Positions 19,389-29,465 of a stretch of DNA of 64,000 bases are shown here, piece by piece; position 1 is the first letter of the stretch, and every line of letters starts with the position of its first letter. This DNA is from Candidatus Krumholzibacteriia bacterium (GTDB lineage: Bacteria > Krumholzibacteriota > Krumholzibacteriia > LZORAL124-64-63), in the NCBI GenBank assembly GCA_046484865.1, contig JAWOID010000063.1, positions 32,001 through 96,000 of the forward strand, written 5' to 3'. Position numbers and translations under genes: made by a program. The notes under the pieces were generated by a model that was not told the DNA's origin, searched no databases, and worked only from the letters and a program-made list of their open reading frames with translations.

Positions 19389-19523
19389 GCGCGTCGGAGC
19401 GCACCCGAGCGCCGCGTCGCTCATGGGCCACGGGGGGCGCGGAAACCGGACTAATTTCGTAAACTGACAAGTCCCGGCGGCGGGGTGTGCCACGATTTTC
19501 GCCGATTTCCCGATGGATCAACC

Positions 19524-22289
19524 ATGAACGAACATGACAGGACCACCGGGGTTCGACCGCGCGCCACGGTCTCGCTGGACGCAGTTCCCGGCGTGCGACG
19601 CATGGGTCAGTATGTGCTGCGCCAGAAGCTGGGCGAGGGCGGCATGGGCGAGGTCTGGCTGGCCGAGCAGGCCGAGCCTCTGAAGCGGCGGGTGGCGCTG
19701 AAGATCATCAAGTCCGGCGCCGACTCGCGGTCGGTGCTCGGCCGGTTCGAGGCCGAACGCCAGGCTCTCGCCCTCATGGACCACCCCTACGTGGCCCGGG
19801 TGTACGAGGCCGGCACGACGCCCGGCGGACGTTCCTACTTCGCCATGGAGTACGTGGCGGGCATTCCCATCACCGAGCACTGCGCACGGAACCAGGCGAC
19901 CACCAACGAGCGGATCGAGCTGATCGCGAAGGTGTGCGAAGGGGTTCAGCACGCTCACCAGAAGGCCGTGATCCACCGCGATCTCAAGCCGTCGAACATC
20001 CTGATCTCGTTCCACCAGGGGCTGGCGACTCCGAAGATCATCGACTTCGGAATCGCCAAGGCGTTGGTGCAGAAGCTGACCGAGACCACGCTGTTCACCG
20101 AGATCGGCGTGCTGCTCGGCACGCCCGAGTACATGAGCCCCGAGCAAGCGCAGAAGAGCGGTCAGGACGTGGACACGCGCACCGACGTCTACTCGCTGGG
20201 CGTGATCCTCTACGAGCTGCTGGTGGGCGCTCTGCCGTTCGAGCCGGATGAACTGCGCGAGGGTGGCTACGAGGACGTGATCCGCCGGTTGCGGGAGAAC
20301 CAGCCGCCGCGACCGTCGGTGCGGCTGCGCGCCCTGGGCGATCGCGCGACGGAGCATGCTCGAGCGCAGAAGCTGGACGTGCCCGCTCTCCGCCGGCGTC
20401 TCGAGGGCGACCTGGACTGGATCGTCATGCGCGCGCTGGAGAAGGATCGCGCCAGGCGGTATGGTTCGCCGTCCGAGTTGCGCGACGACCTGCTGCGCCA
20501 CCTGCGGAACCTCCCGGTGGTCGCCCGCCCGCCGAGCCTGCGCTACCGCGCAGGCCGATTCGTCCGCCGCCACCGGGCCCCGGTCATGGCGGTCCTGCTG
20601 GTGGCGGGGGCTCTGCTGGGTGGAATTGCGGGCACCACGACCTTCGCCCTGCGTGCGGCGCGGCAGAGCGAACTGGCGAACCACAATGCTCGCCTCGCAA
20701 TGCAGCGCAGCGACGAGACCCAGCGGGTGGCCGAATTCCAGGCGGCGATGTTGCGGAACATCGACCAGCAGGAGCTGGGATCGGCCCTGCTGAACGGCCT
20801 GCGGGACCAGGCTCGGGACGCCATGGAACTCCAGTGGATCGCCGGATCGGACGGCAGCCTGCGCCAGCGGACGGCGGCGGAGGTACAGGAGCAGATGGCG
20901 TTGCTCGATCAAGCGCTGGGGCCCGGCGGCGCCGTGGATGCGGTGGTGGACATGCTCTGCGGCAGCATCCTCGATCCCGCGGTGGCGGTGATCCACAACG
21001 ACTTCGCCGGTCAGCCGGGCATCCAGGCGTCGCTGCTGCGCACGGTCGGCAACACGTTCGTCTCGCTGGGCAGATACGAGGAGGGAGATCGGCACCTCAC
21101 GGACGCGCTCGCGCTGCAGCGGCAGCGCGGAGAGCACGAGGAGGTCCGCGCCATCCTGGTGGATCTGGGTGGCGCCAGGGTCCACCAGGACCTGTACGAC
21201 GACGCCGAGGCCCTCCACCAGGAGGCGCTGTCCCTGGCCCGCCGGCTCTACGGCGGGCAGGAACACGCCGGCCTGGCGGAATCCCTGCTGGCCCTCGGCC
21301 ACACGCGCTGGCAACGCGGCGACCTGGCAGGCGGCGAGGCGTTGCTGGCGGAAGCCCTGGCGATGAACACCGCGCTGTACGGCCGCCGCAGCCTGGAGGT
21401 GGTGAAGACGCTGGAGTCGCAGGCCGGCCTCTACCTGTACGCGGATCGGCCGCAGAGGGCAGAGCCGCTCCTGGACGAGGCTCTGGAGATCGTTCGCACG
21501 CTCGGCGACGCGAAGGAGCGTGAGCTGCAGATCCGCAACCGTCTCGTCCAGGTGCTGTGGAAGCAGGACCGACTGGACGAGGCCAGACGGCAGTGCGAGG
21601 CCAACCTCGCCGCCTTCCGCCGCGCCAAGGGTGACGACCATCCCGGCTCGGCCACCATCGTGGGACAGCTCGGCGCCATCGCCTACATGGACAGCGACTA
21701 CGATGCCGCCGAGCGCTACTATCGGGAGGCGATGCGCATCAACCGGCGCGCCCTGGGACCGCGCAGCCGTAATCTCGGCGTCCAGATGTTCAACCTCGGA
21801 CTCGCGCTGCAGATGAAGGGCGAGCTGGAGGAGGCGGAATCGCTGTATCGCCAGGTGCTCGATCTCCGGCTGGAGATCCTGGGACCCGACCATCCTGGCG
21901 TTGCGCACATCCTCTACGCTCTCGGCTGGTTCCTCCAGGAATCGGACCGGCACGAGGAGGCCGTTCCCGTCCTCGAGCGGGCGCTGGCGATCCGGGTGGA
22001 CAGGATGCCGTCCAGCGCGGTCACCGCCGACACACGCGGCGCGCTCGCGGCGTCGCTGACGCAGCTCGGACGGTACCAGGAGGCAGAGACGCAGCTACTG
22101 ACGATCTTCGACGAATGGGACCCTCTCGAACATCCCTCGGAGTCGACCCGACAGACCGTTCTGGATCACCTGACCGTCCTCTACGAGACCTGGGACGAGG
22201 CGGAGCCGGGGCAGGGCCACGGAGCCGAGGCCCAAAGGTGGCGGCAGTTCGAGGATGACGACGCCGGGGCGCTGGCCGTTCGGGAATGA
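19524..22289 (+). CDS. Hanks-type Ser/Thr protein kinase with TM segment and C-terminal TPR repeats
   Basis: GEGGMGEV, VALK, HRDLKPSN, DFG, GTPEYMSPEQ, TDVYSLG; TM near aa 355; TPR repeats (LGPDHP). Confidence 0.95.
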   Translation: MNEHDRTTGVRPRATVSLDAVPGVRRMGQYVLRQKLGEGGMGEVWLAEQAEPLKRRVALKIIKSGADSRSVLGRFEAERQALALMDHPYVARVYEAGTTPGGRSYFAMEYVAGIPITEHCARNQATTNERIELIAKVCEGVQHAHQKAVIHRDLKPSNILISFHQGLATPKIIDFGIAKALVQKLTETTLFTEIGVLLGTPEYMSPEQAQKSGQDVDTRTDVYSLGVILYELLVGALPFEPDELREGGYEDVIRRLRENQPPRPSVRLRALGDRATEHARAQKLDVPALRRRLEGDLDWIVMRALEKDRARRYGSPSELRDDLLRHLRNLPVVARPPSLRYRAGRFVRRHRAPVMAVLLVAGALLGGIAGTTTFALRAARQSELANHNARLAMQRSDETQRVAEFQAAMLRNIDQQELGSALLNGLRDQARDAMELQWIAGSDGSLRQRTAAEVQEQMALLDQALGPGGAVDAVVDMLCGSILDPAVAVIHNDFAGQPGIQASLLRTVGNTFVSLGRYEEGDRHLTDALALQRQRGEHEEVRAILVDLGGARVHQDLYDDAEALHQEALSLARRLYGGQEHAGLAESLLALGHTRWQRGDLAGGEALLAEALAMNTALYGRRSLEVVKTLESQAGLYLYADRPQRAEPLLDEALEIVRTLGDAKERELQIRNRLVQVLWKQDRLDEARRQCEANLAAFRRAKGDDHPGSATIVGQLGAIAYMDSDYDAAERYYREAMRINRRALGPRSRNLGVQMFNLGLALQMKGELEEAESLYRQVLDLRLEILGPDHPGVAHILYALGWFLQESDRHEEAVPVLERALAIRVDRMPSSAVTADTRGALAASLTQLGRYQEAETQLLTIFDEWDPLEHPSESTRQTVLDHLTVLYETWDEAEPGQGHGAEAQRWRQFEDDDAGALAVRE

Positions 22290-22577
22290 CCATTCCTCAC
22301 CGGGGCGACCTCGGCGATGCCGCGGCCGTGCAGCAGTGGCTGCGGGAACTGGCAGTGTGGCCGCGGTACGTCTCCTGACCACCCACTCGGCATCGCGCTC
22401 CATTCCGGCGGCCTGCGGGCCGCCGACACCCATCGATTGAATTATCTACAAAAGCGCAACACATCATGTTTGCGGGGACCGGGATCTGCCCCCGCGATCG
22501 TCCGCATACATGGCGGTTTGATTCGCTATCCACGGAAATATGCCGGTGGCACTCTGGCGGTCTGTCCAGGAAATGTT

Positions 22578-22583
22578 TATAAT
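22578..22583 (+). promoter_or_regulatory. putative -10 element (TATAAT) in an AT-rich patch upstream of the oxidoreductase
   Basis: Perfect TATAAT about 50 bp upstream of the GTG in a ~70% GC context; the -35 match is poor. Confidence 0.4.
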
Positions 22584-22632
22584 TAAAGGATCCATTGGAC
22601 GCGCAATCGAAACCTCGGCGAGGGAGGCGGGC

Positions 22633-23757
22633 GTGAAAAGCATAGCAGTCATCGGGGCCGGGATCGCCGGATTGACATGCGCGCGAGGTCTGGTCCGGAG
22701 CGGCGCCGACGTGAAGGTCTACGACCGCGGTCGGGGTCCGGGCGGTCGTGCCTCGACGAGGCGAGACGGGACGCACCGGTTCGAGCACGGGGCGCCGTTC
22801 TTCCAGGCGGCCCAGCGTGAATTCATGGCCCAGGTGGCGGAATGGGTGGAAGACGGCCACGCGCGGCCGGCCTTGCCGCGCCTGGTGCACCTGAACCGCG
22901 GCCGGGTCAGTGCGGAACTCGACAACGGCGGTCTCTTCACCGGCGCACCTGCCCTGAACCGACTGGTGCGGCATCTCGCCACCGACCTCGACCTCGTGTC
23001 CGGGGTCCGGGTGGAACAGCTGGTGCGCCGCTCCGCCTGGTCGGAAGCACCGCGCTGGCAGCTGGTGGTCGATGGGCGGCTCGCTGCCGATGTCTTCGAC
23101 ACGGTGGTCATCGCGGCTCCGCCGTCAGAGGCCATCTCGCTGCTGCAGGATGCGCCGCACTGGCAGCGCCGGTTGCTGGGCGTGGTCATGGATCCATGCC
23201 TGACGGCGATGGTCACCTTCGCCGAACCGCTGGCCGTGGACTGGGACGGAGCCCGCGTGACCGCCAGTCCGCTGGAGTGGATCCACCGGCAGACCGGCGC
23301 GGGCGGCACGGGCATTGCCGAAGGCCCCGGCGGGGCGGGTGTCGCCGGCGGCCCCGGCGACGCGGAGGAGACCGGCGACGGGGCGGCACCCGGGGAGTCC
23401 TGGGTGTTGCACGCCACGGCCGCGTACAGTCGCGAGCATCTGCGCGACGATCCGCAGGCGACGGCCTGGGATCTGGTTCGCCGTCTGGCGGAGGAGGTCG
23501 ACCGTCCCCTGCCGGCCGTGCAGTTCGTGCGGGGGCATCGCTGGCGCTATGCTCGGACCCATCGGCCGCTGGGGGCGGATCACCTCCACGACGAGTCGCT
23601 GGGCCTGGCGGTCTGCGGCGACTGGTGCCGCGGTGAGGGCCTGGAAGACGCCTACGTCAGCGGCGCCGCTCTCGCGAAGGAGATCGTCGCCCGAGCTCGG
23701 GCCGCGGCAGACGGCGGGATCAGCGACCCGCCTCGACGACAGGATATCGCGTCGTGA
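22633..23757 (+). CDS. renalase-like NAD(P)/FAD-dependent oxidoreductase
   Basis: IAVIGAGIAGL, GGRASTRR, FEHGAPFF, HRWRYA, CGDW..G..LEDAY.SG; AGGGAGG RBS. Confidence 0.9.
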   Translation: MKSIAVIGAGIAGLTCARGLVRSGADVKVYDRGRGPGGRASTRRDGTHRFEHGAPFFQAAQREFMAQVAEWVEDGHARPALPRLVHLNRGRVSAELDNGGLFTGAPALNRLVRHLATDLDLVSGVRVEQLVRRSAWSEAPRWQLVVDGRLAADVFDTVVIAAPPSEAISLLQDAPHWQRRLLGVVMDPCLTAMVTFAEPLAVDWDGARVTASPLEWIHRQTGAGGTGIAEGPGGAGVAGGPGDAEETGDGAAPGESWVLHATAAYSREHLRDDPQATAWDLVRRLAEEVDRPLPAVQFVRGHRWRYARTHRPLGADHLHDESLGLAVCGDWCRGEGLEDAYVSGAALAKEIVARARAAADGGISDPPRRQDIAS

Positions 23758-25189
23758 CCAGCCAGTCGTGCAGTTCCGGTCCGAAGCCCGGCACGTGCTC
23801 GAGAACGATCGCCTCGAACGACGTGCAGTCCAGACCGTCGTGCGCGAAGAGATCGCGCGTGAAAGCGGTGAAGCGGTCGGGACCGAGGCGGCGGCGCAGC
23901 GCATCGAAGAACAGCACCACCCGGTCGGGCAGCACGAATCGATCCTTGTAGATGCCGATCTCGTCGGGACCGATGGCGTAGATCGGTTTCTCCGGCGGCA
24001 GCGGCCGCCCCCGGGAGTCGTTGCCGCTGGATCTGCGCTGCCGGTAGCCCTGCTCGATCCGGGAGACGATGTCGTCGTAGAACGTGTCGCCGAGAGACTC
24101 GCCCAGGACGGGCAGATGGAAGTAACTGGGGAAGCCTTCCACGGCGAGAGCGAACAGCGGATCGGCGCGAGGCACGTCGACGCGCACGCGGTCGTGCACC
24201 AGCTCGTGGGCGATGGTGCGGCCGGAGTGGCTCTCGGGATCGAACTCCATCCAGCTCCCGGTTTCGATGCCGATCACGTTCCCGCTCGCGATGTCGCCGA
24301 ACCTGGGCATCTGCATCAGGTGGAGCTGACGTCCGGGGTCGCCGGTCCGGTACCGGTCGCGGAAGATCGTGTCCAGCCGCCGGCTGAAATCGAGGATCCG
24401 GGCAGCCGCGGCCAGGACCTCCGGATCGTCGAGGACCCAGGCCGTGCAGTTTTCCTCGCTGCGGGTGACGAATCGACGGGCCGTGAGCTGAGCGGCGAAC
24501 AGGTCGAGATTCTCGGCCCGCCACCGGTACCGCATCAGGTCGCCGTCTCGCTCGCGGGCCAGCCAGTCGCCCGCGAACACGGCGGCGAATTCCGCCGGGA
24601 CCGTGATCTCGACTCGCGGGAAATCGGCCGCGTGTCCGTCGCGGCCGGAATCGAGGAAGACGGGAAACCACAGCGAGTAGCCGTATGACCTGAGCAGGGC
24701 GCCGTCCTGGTCGATACGCATGTAGTCGGATCGGGACCGGGCGCGGGACGGATGGAAGTGACCGGAGTACCAGACGGTCAACCCGGCCGACAGCTTCCGC
24801 CCCTGCAGCACGGCCTCGACTCGGCGTGCGACGAGCGAATAGTCGTAAGGATAGAACACCGGCGTCTGGCTCACCGGCAACGGCTCGCCGTCGATGGCGA
24901 GCGAGTCGACCGCCAGCTCCCCGTGCAGGTAGAACACGATGGTGTCGGGATTCGCCACCCCTGCCGGGAAGCGCACGTCGGCTCGTCCGCGCAGCGCATG
25001 CTCGGCCGGAACGATCGCCACCTCCAGCTCGTAGGCCGCGGGCAGCGGCTCCTCGGCGGCGAGAGGCGAACCGGCGGCCGGCCCCGGCAGGAAGGCCAGG
25101 ACGACCAGGATCGCCCCGACGGTCGTGATCGTCGGAGCCGTGCGCGGTCTCGACCGCGCCGGTCGGATTGGAAACGGCATTGCCGGCAT
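23720..25189 (-). CDS. secreted M1/gluzincin family metallopeptidase
   Basis: Signal peptide; IAHELVH with downstream VEGFPSY. Start position uncertain. Confidence 0.8.
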   Translation of the reverse strand: MPAMPFPIRPARSRPRTAPTITTVGAILVVLAFLPGPAAGSPLAAEEPLPAAYELEVAIVPAEHALRGRADVRFPAGVANPDTIVFYLHGELAVDSLAIDGEPLPVSQTPVFYPYDYSLVARRVEAVLQGRKLSAGLTVWYSGHFHPSRARSRSDYMRIDQDGALLRSYGYSLWFPVFLDSGRDGHAADFPRVEITVPAEFAAVFAGDWLARERDGDLMRYRWRAENLDLFAAQLTARRFVTRSEENCTAWVLDDPEVLAAAARILDFSRRLDTIFRDRYRTGDPGRQLHLMQMPRFGDIASGNVIGIETGSWMEFDPESHSGRTIAHELVHDRVRVDVPRADPLFALAVEGFPSYFHLPVLGESLGDTFYDDIVSRIEQGYRQRRSSGNDSRGRPLPPEKPIYAIGPDEIGIYKDRFVLPDRVVLFFDALRRRLGPDRFTAFTRDLFAHDGLDCTSFEAIVLEHVPGFGPELHDWLVTTRYPVVEAGR

Positions 25190-25341
25190 CAGGGGGCCCT
25201 CCGGTCCGTGGTGACGTCCGGAGATACGATCGCACGGGCCGAAGGTTACCGCGCGGCCACGCTTGCCGGCGGTCAGCCGTCGCGGACTCCGCGCGGGCGG
25301 GAGCGCGCTCGGGGATGCCCCCGAAACCACCGGCACCGAAC

Positions 25342-25371
25342 TTGACGAGGGAATTGCAACGGTGCTAGAGT
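25342..25371 (+). promoter_or_regulatory. putative sigma70 promoter TTGACG-N18-TAGAGT with extended -10 TG
   Basis: Read directly; about 240 bp upstream of the CDS at 25613. Confidence 0.5.
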
Positions 25372-25612
25372 GCGGTCGGGAAGTTGCAGGGGGACCGATC
25401 GGCAGGCGGCAGGTGGGGGACCTGTCCTCGATCCGGGCGTTTCACGACCACTCTCGGCATCTCAGTCAATGGCATGGCGCCGCACCTCGTGTCGCGCGAT
25501 GTCTGCAATATCGTCGTCATCGCGGTCTTCTCCTGTGATCTCCGATCGCCGTATGGCTGCGGGCCAGTGCCCACGCGCCGATCTGCGGATCTCGAGTCCA
25601 GGGAGGCCGATC

Positions 25613-27763
25613 ATGACGAGAACGATCACGAACCGCGCGATTCCACTCCTTTCCGCTCTGGCCGCCGCCGGCATCGTCTCACTGGTCGGACTTGCCGGCG
25701 TCCCCGCGCAGGCCGACCAGCTGGAGTCGGTGCACACGATCTACTACGGAGAGAGCTGGGAGTCCGGCGATGGCGACTGGTACGCCGACGGCGGCATCTG
25801 GGAGGTGGGCACCCCGACGTTTACCCACGCGCACGACGGTGCTCGCTGCGCCGGCACCAACATCGACGGCAACTATCCTGATAACGCCAGTTCTCGCTTC
25901 ATCAGTCCCGTCATCGACCTCCCGACGCTCGGTACGCTGAACGACGGCGTGCTCTGGTTGCGGTTCTTCCACCTCTGGAGTTACAGCGACGCCGACAACG
26001 GGCGCGTGGACATCAGCGTGCGCGACGGTGGCGTCTGGGGCCCGTGGGAGACGGTCAGCGGGTCGTTCGCGGGCAGCAGCGCGATCTGGTCGCAGTCGCT
26101 GATCGACATCACCGCTCATGCCGGACAGACGGTCCGGTTCGGACTGCGGCACACCGAGGGCGGCACCTACGAGGGCCCGGGCTGGTACGTGGATGCCGTG
26201 GAGGTCGTCGATGGCGCGTTCCGGTGGAATACCCCGGAGACCTTCGAGGCCAACGTGATGGGCGATCCGGTCTGGGGTGGGTGGTATACCGAACAGGGCG
26301 TCTGGGAGATCGGCGAGCCGACCTCCGGACCGGGCGGTGCTCTCAGCGGTCGCATGTGCGCGGCCACGGTCCTCGCCGGCAATTACCCGGATAACCAAAG
26401 CAGCCGATTCGTCAGTCCCGAGCTGTCGCTGCCGGCCTCGCCGCTGGAGGGCGAGCTCTGGCTCAGTGCGATCCACTACTACCACCTGGCGGACAGCGAT
26501 TACGGCAAGTTCCAGATCAAGGCGGGCGACACGTGGGTGGACCTCAGCCACGCCTTTTACGGCTACTCGGGGGGCTGGACCGAGAGCATCATGGATCTGG
26601 CGCCGTACGCGGGCCAGGTCGTACGTCTGGGCCTGTTCTTCGGAGAGGGCGGCTCCTACGAGGGCCCGGGCTGGTACGTGGACGACATCGCCGTGGTGGA
26701 GGGTCCTCGCATCTTCAACAATCCGGACAGCTTCGAGACGGGGACGCGTGGCTGGTACGCGAGCGACGGCGTCTGGCAGGTGGGCGAGCCGACGTACGGT
26801 CCCGCAGGCGCCTTCACCGGCACCATGTGCTGGGGCACGAACCTCGGTGGGAATTACCCGGACGACAACAGCAGCGTGCTCTTCACCCCCGACGTGACGC
26901 TGCCCGGCGGCGTCAGTCCCCTGCGGCTGGACTACCAGCAGTGGTACGTGTTCTCCGACTCCGATTACGGCGAGGTCTGGGTGTATCCGGAGGGCGGCGA
27001 ACCGGCGCTGATCAGCGATCGGTTCACCACCACCAGCGACGGCTGGCACCGCTATTACATCGACCTCACTCCCTGGGCGGGCCAGACCGTGCACTTCGGG
27101 TTCAAGTTCCAGGAGGGTGGCTCCTACGAGGGCCCGGGCTGGTACATCGATGACGTCCGCATCGACGGGATGGACCAGAGCGAGCCGATGGCGCCGTTCT
27201 GGGTGACGACCGAATACTCGGCGGGGCCGCCGGTCGTCAACTGGACCCTGGTACCCTACGAGCCCCACTACACCTGCATCTATGCCTCGCGTCGCGAGGA
27301 TGCCTACCTGCCGAATCTGGGCAACCGCATCGCCATGTTCCGACAGACGGGGACCACGTACGAGGACATCGACCGGCCGGGCTGGGGCGTCTACTTCTAC
27401 CAGGTGGGACTGGTGGACGACCTGATGCACGAGTCGCAGACCCTGGGCAGTGGACCGCCGCATACCGGCGTGGGCGACGGCGGCGTTCCCGGCCTCTCGG
27501 CCAACGCGACGCTCTTGGGCAACACGCCGAACCCGTTCAATCCGACCACGGTGGTCAGCTTCAGGCTCGCCGCCACGACGCACACCGTCCTGCAGATCTT
27601 CGACGCCGCCGGCCGTCGGGTGGCGACACTCGTGGACGCGGAACTGGCGCCCGGCACCTACGACCTGCCCTTCGCGGCGAAGCAACTGCCCTCGGGCGTC
27701 TACTTCAGTCGCCTCGCGGCCGGCGGGGTGGTGGAGACGCGCAAGATGATGCTGGTCCGATGA
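25613..27763 (+). CDS. secreted protein with three tandem beta-sandwich (MAM/immune-inhibitor-A-like) domains and a C-terminal FlgD/T9SS-like sorting domain
   Basis: Three copies of W..G.W(E/Q).G.PT...GNYPD...EGG.YEGPGWY.D; C-terminal PNPFNPTT...IFDAAGRRV...SGVYF...RKMMLVR. Confidence 0.85.
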   Translation: MTRTITNRAIPLLSALAAAGIVSLVGLAGVPAQADQLESVHTIYYGESWESGDGDWYADGGIWEVGTPTFTHAHDGARCAGTNIDGNYPDNASSRFISPVIDLPTLGTLNDGVLWLRFFHLWSYSDADNGRVDISVRDGGVWGPWETVSGSFAGSSAIWSQSLIDITAHAGQTVRFGLRHTEGGTYEGPGWYVDAVEVVDGAFRWNTPETFEANVMGDPVWGGWYTEQGVWEIGEPTSGPGGALSGRMCAATVLAGNYPDNQSSRFVSPELSLPASPLEGELWLSAIHYYHLADSDYGKFQIKAGDTWVDLSHAFYGYSGGWTESIMDLAPYAGQVVRLGLFFGEGGSYEGPGWYVDDIAVVEGPRIFNNPDSFETGTRGWYASDGVWQVGEPTYGPAGAFTGTMCWGTNLGGNYPDDNSSVLFTPDVTLPGGVSPLRLDYQQWYVFSDSDYGEVWVYPEGGEPALISDRFTTTSDGWHRYYIDLTPWAGQTVHFGFKFQEGGSYEGPGWYIDDVRIDGMDQSEPMAPFWVTTEYSAGPPVVNWTLVPYEPHYTCIYASRREDAYLPNLGNRIAMFRQTGTTYEDIDRPGWGVYFYQVGLVDDLMHESQTLGSGPPHTGVGDGGVPGLSANATLLGNTPNPFNPTTVVSFRLAATTHTVLQIFDAAGRRVATLVDAELAPGTYDLPFAAKQLPSGVYFSRLAAGGVVETRKMMLVR

Positions 27764-27827
27764 CGACGGGTGGGGCTCGCGCCAGGTGCGCGGGCCCCCG
27801 CCGCCGGCAAATCCGGCTCGGCGCGGC

Positions 27828-29108
27828 TCAGGCCTCTTGCCCACCGGTGGTGTGCGGGGGGGGCTCAGCGGGCGATGTCGTGGCGATGGGGCCGTCGTCC
27901 TGCACCACCACGTGGACGACGCTCCCGGCGCCGGGGCGGCTGCTGACGGACACGCGACCGCCGAGCAGTTCGGCGCGCTGGCCGATCCTGAGCAGACCCG
28001 TGCCGGTCGGACCGCCCGGGCCTTCCTGCCGGAACCCGCGGCCCAGATCGGAGACCGAGAGACGGATGTACCGGCCGCGCCGCCGCAGGCGCATCACGGC
28101 GGCGCCGGTCCGCGCATGCTTGACCACGTTGAAGAGCAGTTCCTGCGTCGTTCTGAGCAGGAACACCTGGAGTCCCACTTCGCTCGGGTTCACGTCCTGG
28201 CCGATCTCGACGGCGACGCGCAAGCCGTGGTCGGTCTCCATGCGGTGCGCCAGCAGGCGAAGGACACCGGGAAGATCGGTCTGCTGGAGACCGTCGGGCG
28301 TCAGCTCGTGCGAGATGCTGCGGGTGGTGTCGATGGCCGTGCGCAGCAGGACGTTCAACCTGTGCACGGCCTCCATCAGATCAGGTTCGCGTTCGGCGAG
28401 GCGCTGCAGCCGGTCCACCTGATAGCACGCCGCCGCGATCCGTTGCTGCAGGTCGTCGTGCAGGAGCTCGGAGATCCGGCACCGCTCGCGCTCCTCGGCT
28501 TGTACCAGCTCGGCGGCCAGCTTCCGCAGCCTCTGGTCGCGACGGTCCAGCTCCATCCCCTGTGACTCCACCAGCTGCCCGAGCCGCGCCAGCCGCCGGC
28601 GCGCGGCCGATTCGGACCGGCGCATCGTGGTCACGTCGCGACAGATCGCGCAGGCAAACATCCGCTTTCCCCGGACGATGCCGAAGAGCAGGGAATGCAC
28701 GAGGCGCCGGGAGCCGTCTGGACGCTCGATCTCGTCCTCGAGGTCGCGCTCGAGGCGCGCCCCTTCCTGCAAGCCCCGCAGGACCTTCTCGCGGGCCTGC
28801 TCCAGGAACTGCGCGGTGCGCCTGCCGGCGGGAGCCAGCCGGTACTGCACCTCCCACATGGACCGGCCGATCGCGTCGGCGCGAGGAATCCCGCAGATCC
28901 GCTCCTGGGCCGCGTTCCATTCCACCACCTTGCCGCTGCCGTCGATGACGACGATGCCGTCCCGCGATTGCTGCGCGAACAGACGCAGGCTGGTCACGAG
29001 CCTGAACTGCGACGAGGGGTCGGGGTGCCGGCCCGGGTGGGCCGGGCGAGGTCCGGGCGCGTCGAACTCGCCGGCCGCATCGACCATGATCACGACCCCC
29101 ACGGACAT
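27828..29108 (-). CDS. PAS-domain sensor histidine kinase (HisKA_3/NarX-type), cytoplasmic
   Basis: PAS (DGIVVID..G..WN.AQE), H-box ISELLHDDLQQ, N-box QELLFNVVKHA, DLGRGF, GTGL. Start uncertain. Confidence 0.88.
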   Translation of the reverse strand: MSVGVVIMVDAAGEFDAPGPRPAHPGRHPDPSSQFRLVTSLRLFAQQSRDGIVVIDGSGKVVEWNAAQERICGIPRADAIGRSMWEVQYRLAPAGRRTAQFLEQAREKVLRGLQEGARLERDLEDEIERPDGSRRLVHSLLFGIVRGKRMFACAICRDVTTMRRSESAARRRLARLGQLVESQGMELDRRDQRLRKLAAELVQAEERERCRISELLHDDLQQRIAAACYQVDRLQRLAEREPDLMEAVHRLNVLLRTAIDTTRSISHELTPDGLQQTDLPGVLRLLAHRMETDHGLRVAVEIGQDVNPSEVGLQVFLLRTTQELLFNVVKHARTGAAVMRLRRRGRYIRLSVSDLGRGFRQEGPGGPTGTGLLRIGQRAELLGGRVSVSSRPGAGSVVHVVVQDDGPIATTSPAEPPPHTTGGQEA

Positions 29109-29465
29109 CCACCGGGACTTCCGGGCCGTCGTTGATCGCCGGTTGGCGAGGCGCCTGGCCCAGGCGCGGTTTCCAGTTCGGGCGTCCTGTCTAGCAGTAA
29201 CGATTCTCAGGTCGCGGTGAATCTAGCACGGACGTCCGGACGGGACAAGCCGGGTCGCCGCGCGATCGAGCAAGATGAACCTCACCGCTGTCGCCGTGGT
29301 GTGGTGGCCGTCGACGTCTCGATCGATGTGGCGCTGGTGAAGTGTCCCCCGACGCGATACGAGCAGATCCAGGCCGATCCGTCGCGGTGATTCGATCACA
29401 TGAGCCCTCCCGCTCCGAGCCCGCTTGCGGTAGCATCGCCGGGGTACGAACCGAGGAGGCGACAG

